A DNA stretch of 64,000 nt, from assembly GCF_009914755.1 (NCBI RefSeq), contig NC_060933.1; one strand, given 5' to 3'. The notes beneath the pieces were generated by a model. That model saw nothing but the letters and a program-made list of their open reading frames with translations, was not told where the DNA came from and did no database searches. A program made the translations under genes and the position numbers. The DNA is from the human T2T-CHM13v2.0 reference genome, Homo sapiens. Below, piece after piece: positions 55,059 to 64,000 of the stretch. Position 1 is the stretch's first letter. Every line of letters starts with the position of its first letter.

Positions 55059-55775
55059 AAAAGAACAAAACTGGAGGAATCACATTACCTGAATTCAAAT
55101 TATACTACAGGTGTATAGTAATGAAAACAGCATGGCACTGGCATAAAAACAGACACATAGATCAAGGAAACAGAATAGAGAACGCAGAAACAAATCTATC
55201 CACCTACAGTGAACTCATTTTCGACAAAGGTGCCAAGAACTTACAACAGGAAAAAGACAGTCTCTTCAAGAAATGGTGCCAGGAAAACTGGATATCTATA
55301 AGGAGAAGAATGAAACTAGAGCCCTATCTCTCACCATAGACAAAAATAAAATCAAAATGGATTAGAGACTTAAATCTACAAAATTAAACTATGAAAGTAC
55401 TACAGGACATTGGCCTGGGCAAAATTTCTTGAGCAATCCCCACAAACACAGGCAACCAAAGCAAAAATAGACAAATGGAATCACATCAAGTTAAAAAGCT
55501 TCTGCACAGCAAAGGAAATGATCACCAAAGTGAAATACAACCCACAGAATGGGAGAGAATATTTGCAAGCTACCCATCTGACAAGAGATTAATAACCAGA
55601 ATATCTGAGGAGGTCCAACAACTCTATAGGAAAAATCTAATAATGCGATCAAAAATGGACAAAATATATGAATAGACATTGCTGAAAAGAATACCTGACA
55701 ATGGAAAATAGGCATATGAAAAAATACTCAACATCACTAATCATCAGATAAATGCAAATTAAAACTACAATGAGA
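55059..55775 (+). mobile_element. L1 ORF2 3'-part fragment (L1MA/L1PB age)
   Basis: ORF 55121-55339 ([14 protein letters not shown]...) is ORF2p-like. Confidence 0.92.
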
Positions 55776-56119
<344 letters not shown>

Positions 56120-56200
56120 TTAATACTGTATTACCTTTGCATTTCTGATATAATCTTTATCTGTTTAAACTATATTCTTATATTATTCTTTTAGTCTGTG

Positions 56201-58439
56201 CGATATGGTTTGGCGGTGTCACCATCCAAATCTCATTTTCAATTGTAACTCCCCTAATTCCCACGTGTCCTGGGAGGGAACTGGTGGGAGGTAATTGAAT
56301 CATGAGGGCAAGTCTTTTCCATGCTGTGCTCATGATAGTGAATAAGTCTCATGAGAGCCGATGGTTTTATAAAGGGGAGTTTCCCTGCACAGTCTCTTGC
56401 CTGCTGCCATGTAAGACATGACTTAGCTCCTCATTTGCCTTCTGCCATAATTGTGAGGCCTCTTCAGCCATGTGGAACTGTAAGTCAGTTAAACCTCTTT
56501 CCTTTATAAATTACTCAGTCTTGGATATGTCTTTATTAGCAGCATGAGAGTAGACTAATATAGAAAATTGGTACCAGTAGAGCGGGGTGCTGCTGTAAAG
56601 ATACCTGAAAATGTGGAAGCAATTGGGTAACAGGCAAGTTTAGAACAGTTTGGAGGGCTCAGAAGAAGACAGGAAGATGTGAGAAAGTTTGGAACTTCCT
56701 AGAGACTTGTTGAATGGCTTTGACCAAAATGCTGATAGTGATATGGACAATAAGGTCCAGGCTGAGGTAATATCAGATGGAGGTGAAGAACTTGTTGGGA
56801 ACTGGAGTAAACATCACTCTTGCTATGCAAAGAGATTGGTGGCATTTTGCCCCTGCCCTAGAGATCTGTGGAACTTTGAATTTGAAAGAGATGATTTAGG
56901 GTATCTGAAGAAAGGAATTTCTAAGTGGTGAAGCATTCAAGAGGAAGCAGATCATAACAGTTTGAAACATTTGCAGCCTGATGATGCAATAGAAAAGAAA
57001 AATCCATTTTCTCAGTAGAAATTTAAGCCTCTGCTGACATTTGCATAAGTAACAAGGAATGGAATATTAATCACCAGGACAATCGGGAAAATGTCTCCTG
57101 GGCATGTCAGAGACCTTGGAGGCAGGCCCTCCCACCACAGACCTGGAGCCCTAGGAGGAAAAAATTGTTTCATGGGCCAAGCCCAGGCCCAGGGCCTCCT
57201 TGCTGTGTGCAGCTTAGGGACTTGGTGCCCTGTGTCCCAGCCACTCCAGTCATGGCAAAAGGGGCCAAGGTACAGCTCAGGCTGTGGCTTCAGAAGGTAC
57301 AAGCCCCAAGCCTTGGCAGCTTCCACATGGTGTTGAGACTGTAGGTGCACAGAAGTCAAGAATTGAGGTTTGGAAACCTCTGCTTAGATTTCAGAAAATG
57401 TATGGAAACACCTGTATCTTCAAGAAGTTTGCTGCAGAAGCAGAACGCTCATGGAGGACCTCTGCTAGGACAGTGTAGAAGGGAAATGTGGGATTGGAGC
57501 CCCTAAACAGAGTCCCCACTGGGGCACTGTCTAGTGAGCCATCATCTTCTAAGCCCCAGAATAATAGATCCACTGACAGCTTGCACCGTGTACCTGGAAA
57601 AGCCACAGACACTCAATGCCAGCCTATGAAAGCAGCCAGGAGGGGTTCTGTACCCTGCAAAGCCACAGGGGCACAGCTTCCCAAAGCTGTGAGAGCCCAT
57701 GTCTTGCATCAGTGTGACCTGGATGTGAGACATGGAGTCAAAAGAGATCATTTTGGAACTTTAAAGTTTAATGACTGCCCTATTGGACTTCAGACTTGCA
57801 TGGGGACTTTAGCCCTTTTGTTTTGGACAATTTCTCTCGTTTGGAACAGGTGTATTTACCCAATGCCTGTATGCTCATTGTATCTAAGAAGTAACTAACT
57901 TGCTTTTTATTTTATAGGCTCATAGGCAGAAGGGAATTGCCTTGTCTCAGATGAGACTTTGAACTGTGGGCTTTTGAGTTAATGCTGAAATGAGTTAAGA
58001 CTTCAGGGACTGTTGGGAAGGGCATGATTGGTTTTGAAACGTGAGGACATGAGATTTGGGAGGGACTGGGGTTGTGGAATCATGTGGCTTGGCTGTGTTG
58101 CCAACTAAATCTCATCTTGAATTGTAGTTCCCATAATTTTCACATGTCGGGGAGGGACCCCCTAGGAGGTAACTGAATCATGGCGGCTGCTATTTCCCAT
58201 GCTATTCTTGTAATAGTGAATAAGTCCATGAGATCTGATGGTTTTATAGAGGAGTTCTGCTATGCAGGCTCTCTTGCCTGCTGCCATGTAAGACGTGGCT
58301 TTGCTCCTCATTCGCCTTCTGCCATGACTGTGAGGCTTCCCCAGCTGTATGAAACTGTGAGTCAATTAAACCTCTTCCCTGTATAAATTACCTAGTCTTG
58401 GGTATGTCTTTATTAGCAGCATGAGGACAGAATAATACA
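56201..58439 (+). mobile_element. Two-LTR THE1 (B/C-like) MaLR provirus: 5' LTR 56201-56562, internal 56563-58079, 3' LTR 58080-58439
   Basis: Two homologous ~360-bp LTRs; internal start 'aaattggtaccagtaga'; purine tract before the 3' LTR; TSD only partly matching (ctgtg/ctgct). Confidence 0.93.
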
Positions 58440-59456
58440 CTGCTTCTAGAAGTTGTTTTATAATATTTAATGTTTTTGCCTTAATAGTTACAAGAATACT
58501 AATTTTTATTTTTATAAAAACCACATCATGTTTTGTATTGATTTTATACTCACGTAATAGAAAGAATTAGGATTTTTTTGTAATACTCTGAACAAATTTA
58601 AAAACCATTGGAATTATGTGGTCCTGAATGCTAGCAAAATTTCTCCATAAAATTCTCCAGGTCATTTGCTTCAGTTAAGGTAAAGGAATTGTTCTAGAAC
58701 ATTCTTTCTTTGACATTAGTTTGCATGTTCTATTTCATCTGGTGTCAGTTTTGATAAATGTTTCTAAATGACTACAGCTTTTAATGAGGATTTCAAATTT
58801 ATTAGAATAGAGATGATTAAGAAAGGTCTTAATTAAGTTATTATTTTAATTTACTAGCCTATGTTTAATTTTTTTACTATCCTGGAACCATTTTCCTATT
58901 TTTTGTCTTTTCAACGTGTAGCTTCTAGTCTTCTACTTCAGAAAAGTTGCACTTAATCTATTATTAAGCTTTGCTTTATTTGACCATTATGTTTTTCTCT
59001 GAGGAGATCAAGTATGCCTGTATTGGATGTTGTGTTTGCTGTAGTGTGCTGTCTCCAAAGAAAGTTGATGGTTGATATCTCTTAGAAGTCAGTCCTCTCT
59101 GGAACTTGCATCATCTGGAAAGAGTTCCTTTATCCAAGGTTCATACCCCCATCCAAATGTAGCCCACCTTTAATTATAAGTGAAAGCACATGCATAAAGA
59201 TCTGGTAACTGACTCAATATTGTTGATAACTATGAGTGGCCATCCTAGCTTCAGAGTGCTATACTAGTTCATCTGAAGCATTCTTATGATTGCACCACAA
59301 GACAAATGCTCCCTTTGCTCAATTCCATTTCTTTTTCTTCTCTTTATGAATAGATATCCTGAAAGCACTCTCTAATAAATGTCCTACCTTCTAATCTTCA
59401 TGAAAGGCCCCACTTGTTAGTGTCTGAATAAGCAGACACTAAATTGGATTAAAGTG

Positions 59457-59961
59457 ATGGATTAGTTATCAATTGCTCTATAACAAATTACTCCAAAAGT
59501 TGGCGGCTTATACCATATTTATTATATCACACATTTTCTGAACATCAGGAATCCAGAAGCATTTTAGCTGTGTGGTTTTGGATTAGGGTCCCTCATAACA
59601 TTGCTGTCAAGCTGTTGGGCAGGACAATTGAGTCTGACAGGTCCATTCCCAAGTTTCCTCATTTGGTTGTCAGCAGGCCTTATTCCTTATTATCATGAAG
59701 AACCCTCGGTTCCTTTCCACATGGGTCTCTCCACAGAACTGTCTCATGAAACAGGATCTGGCTTACCCCAGAGCATGATCCAAGAAGAGAGAGACAGCAA
59801 GAACATGAGACAGAGTAACGTAGTCTCAGAAGTGACATAATTACTGTTTCTGCCTTATGCTTAGAAAGTAATCTTGGTACAGTATAGGAGGGGACTATGC
59901 AAAGGTGTACATAAGAGGATGCAGGGATTATTTGGGGTCATCTTAGAGGCTAGTTACAACA
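59457..59961 (-). mobile_element. MLT1 (F-like) LTR
   Basis: 'attagttatcaattgctctataacaaattactccaaaa...ggggtcatcttagaggct'. Confidence 0.75.
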
Positions 59962-59979
59962 ATTACTCACCCCAAGACT

Positions 59980-60500
59980 GGTAGATTAGTTCTATGTTGT
60001 TGCACAACAGCTTACTCCAGAATTCAGGGACTTAAAACAACATTTATTATTTCACAGTCTCTGTGGGTCAAGAATTTGGGCAACAGCTTAGGCTTACAAG
60101 GCTGTACTCCTCTTGAAGCTCAGCTGAAAAAGATTTGCTTTCTAGCTCACTCAGATGGTTGTTGGCAAGATTTAGTTGCTCGTGGCTGTTGGACTAAGGT
60201 TTCAGCTCCTCATAAGGTGTTGGCTGGAATCCTTCCTCACTTCTATGCCATGTGGGCCTCTTCATAAAATATCTCATGACAAGCAGCTGGCATGAGAGCA
60301 AACATGAGAGAAGGCAAGAGAGACTGCAAACAAGAAAACAGTCTTCTGTAACTGAATCATGAAAGTCATATCCATCATCTTACCGTATTTTGTTAGAATC
60401 AATTCAATAGGTTTACCTCACACACAGAGGGAGGGTATTATACAATTATATGCATACTAAAAGATGAGGATATTTGAGAGCCACATTACAACTGGCAATG
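59980..60500 (-). mobile_element. MLT1 (E/F-like) LTR
   Basis: 'cttaaaacaacatttattatttcacagtctctgtgggtcaagaattt' motif. Confidence 0.7.
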
Positions 60501-62583
60501 TGTACCCCATGAGAGTTTGTGGGTAAAGTTAGCTGCAGGCACAACGTGGCTGTGCAATTTTTAAAAACTCACTGCTGGTGAACTAGAAGGTATATATGTA
60601 GAAAAAAATACAAGCCACCTATAAATTAGGCATTGAAGAAATATGGAGGATATACATATAGTAATATTAGGGATAATAAAGATTATTGGTTATTGCTGGA
60701 GACAACTGATGCTTGCAGAGAGACAATGTAGAAATGAAAACAATTAACCATCAATTAAATGGTAAAATGGGAGCCAGTGGACCTGCTTGGCATCATCCAA
60801 ATCACATTTCTTGCAGCTAGAGGGAAAAAACAACAACAAAAACAAGCAGGAACAGGCCCATGACTTAATCACATCAGTACACCAGTAACGGAGCTCTAAA
60901 GATGGTGAAATTCCCAACGTACACAAGTTTGTTAAGCCAAGTTCGGCACCTTCATTAGGAAATAATTAAAATCTAAAAGGGGCATCTGGGTTGAATGATA
61001 GTCAAGGACGACTATTTAAGCAAGTTGTTACATTCATTTGAAACCCAGAATGTAATTGACCGGATTTCTGAGGGGCATCTCCTACACAGTAGCAATCCCA
61101 TTGCCTGCCATTCCAACATGTCTGTAACACTATCAGTATCAAGTTGTCTTTTCCAATGCATTGTCCCTGGGTGGTGTCCCATCTTCAATAAGCCCTAGTC
61201 AGCAAGCACCAAATTTAATACTAAAAGCTTAGAAGTGATCGGCATGTCACCAGCTGAGAATGAGATGATATTCTCAAGAAGAAAAATAGGCCAAAAATTC
61301 AAGAAGGAGGGAAATGGAGTTATATCAAAGGCATACTATGTCAATCTTCTTCCCAATTTTGCCGACATTACTGACAACTGAAAGCTGAGCAGTGTCTAAC
61401 AGCAAGTTTAGAAACCTGTCCAAATGTTACTATTGCCAAAAAACTGCATTTTTCTGGGTCTCAGTGACCTTGTCTATAAATAATGATAATGTTATTTTCA
61501 CAATGCACATTCTACAAAACTTCAGAAAACCATTTGTTTAGTATAAACGTTATGATCTTAGTATTAGAGCAAGGAAAGCTGTTGTTCAAATATTCACTCA
61601 CAGAAAATGGGGATATATGTCAGAGGAAAAGTTCAATATCCAAGACAAGTTTTGGAAAATGTTAAAACAAAGGTGAGCAAAGGTTACAGAAAGCTGAAAA
61701 TAGGAATACTCAGAAGACCACCAGTGTTAACCCTTGCCACCTGCCCACTTGGAAGATGCTTTCACATTTTAGAAACTTATTTGTGCCACTTTTATATTTT
61801 GCTATAGTTGAAGAAAGACGTGTAGAAATGTAAGTTCCAAATAGTTACTAGCTGCCATCTCCTAGAAGCAGGCCCTGAAGCGATTCTCCGGCCCTACTGC
61901 TTGAGCTGGGCAATTGGGTCCCCATGACATTCATTTGTTTACTGTTGCCAGGTCAGAAAGCCCTAACTTCACCAGAGAGCCTTGCCCCCAGGACTATCCT
62001 CAAGTTTTGTGGCCCAGGCATCCACAAAGTTCCACCTGAGGTCACTCTGCTCTTGCTGGTCCTCCCTATCTCATTGGATTGCACAGTTATCCTCTAACTC
62101 TGTTTCCCATTCTTGGCTATATACTGTTAACTATGTCCTGAAAAGTAAATCTAGTTGAAAAAATGCATCTCAACTTTTTCTTTGTATAGTGGTGGTTAAA
62201 AAACTATAAAATTGGAGAAAAAATGACAATACCTATAGTAGAGGAATATGAATCATCACAAAGTTGTATTAACGATTCTAATCAAAGCCATCCATTTTAA
62301 TAAATATATTGTAATTATGTTCATCTGGTCTTGTTCCTCCAAAAAGCTCAAAGCATTTTACAAGTATTGAATTTCTATCTATATATTGAAAAAGAAACCT
62401 CAAGGATAAATCGTTGGAGAATGAAAAATTACATACTTTTTAAAGACACCTTGTTATTTGGACTATTTCATTTTTATGCCCTCTCTGGAAGGTACAATAT
62501 GGAGGATCTTTTTTTCCATCATCTTAATGTCAGTATTCATCTGGAAGTGAGGAAACCATTTTTGGATAACTCCCTCTTTGAAG

Positions 62584-62584
<1 letters not shown>

Positions 62585-62630
<46 letters not shown>
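62585..62630. repeat. (TG)23 perfect microsatellite
   Basis: Seen directly. Confidence 0.97.
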
Positions 62631-63386
<756 letters not shown>

Positions 63387-63419
63387 CTGAGATAAAGACT
63401 TGATACAATTTTAAAAACA

Positions 63420-63650
63420 GTCATTAACGCAAAGGAAAAATGGTAGATTAAAACATACAATGTAAAGGAATAAAGTTCTAACTCTACTATTTGCCATGTC
63501 TAGCCTCACAACCTTAGAAAAGTCCTAGAAGCAAGAGTAGTTTTATAGACATAGTTGTATGTAACTTTTTGTGAACTCTGGGCTATAAAACACATCAATC
63601 ATGGGGCAGTTAATCAAACTGCAGGATTCAATAAGGCACTCATGAAATGC
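63420..63650 (+). mobile_element. MIR fragment
   Basis: 'agttctaactctactatttgcc...accttagaaaagtc'. Confidence 0.4.
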
Positions 63651-64000
63651 TTTTCAACTCTGGCTCTTGTATGAGGTAATTTAGTTTTTGAAAATTATCT
63701 TTTCACATAAACTAGACAAAACAATATCACTTTCTTACAGTGAGATAGACTTATGATTGTGATACAGAAAGATATTCCACATTGGCAAATAGAACTTCTG
63801 ACTCTAATGGCTAAAAGACCTAATGAATAGTTATAGATTGTTTCTAAAAAACACAGGAAAAATTATAAATTCCTTTCATCTTCTTTTTTTTAAAAATTTC
63901 ATTAGCCATTTGCTTGAACCAATTGATGAAAAGCCTACAGTTTGACCCACGTTTCCCGCTGACTTAATTAAACCAACTAATTATTTGAATGTCCAGAAAT

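Larger units (their letters stand above)
59010..60995 (+). mobile_element. Old ERVL relic (LTR16-like ~59010-59430 plus gag-like internal ~60520-60995) interrupted by two MLT1 LTRs
   Basis: LTR-like 'ctctaataaatgtcctac' and ERVL-internal-like motifs ('caggcccatgacttaat', 'ggcatctgggttgaat'); recalled similarity only. Confidence 0.45.

Noticed and set aside
56689-57898. Several ORFs up to 136 aa
   Set aside because: THE1 internal sequence, fragmented by frameshifts

Overview
AT-rich, CpG-poor primate (catarrhine, probably human) genomic DNA that looks like a gene desert or deep intron. I can support no protein-coding exon, RNA gene or CpG island; the longer ORFs in the track are mostly Alu, L1, LTR or low-complexity read-throughs. 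Much of the window is transposon-derived: about 9 Alus (several with readable TSDs), a near full-length Tigger1, several L1s (one near full-length old L1 at ~39.5-49.0 kb carrying nested insertions), a two-LTR THE1 provirus, a solo HERV-H LTR7, a triple nest MER44A > ERV1 LTR > MLT2A2, and MIR/L2/MLT1 relics. The two most notable observations are (1) a ~220-bp knot of nested palindromes inside L1 ORF2 (43774-43995) that looks built by serial template switching, and (2) a hypothetical minus-strand transcript from the MLT2A2 LTR (exact DUX4 motif, ATG, GTGAGT donor) splicing in frame to a CpG-retaining unique 195-nt segment. Repeat family names come from recalled consensus sequences, not from a search; subfamily calls and boundaries lacking TSDs are approximate.
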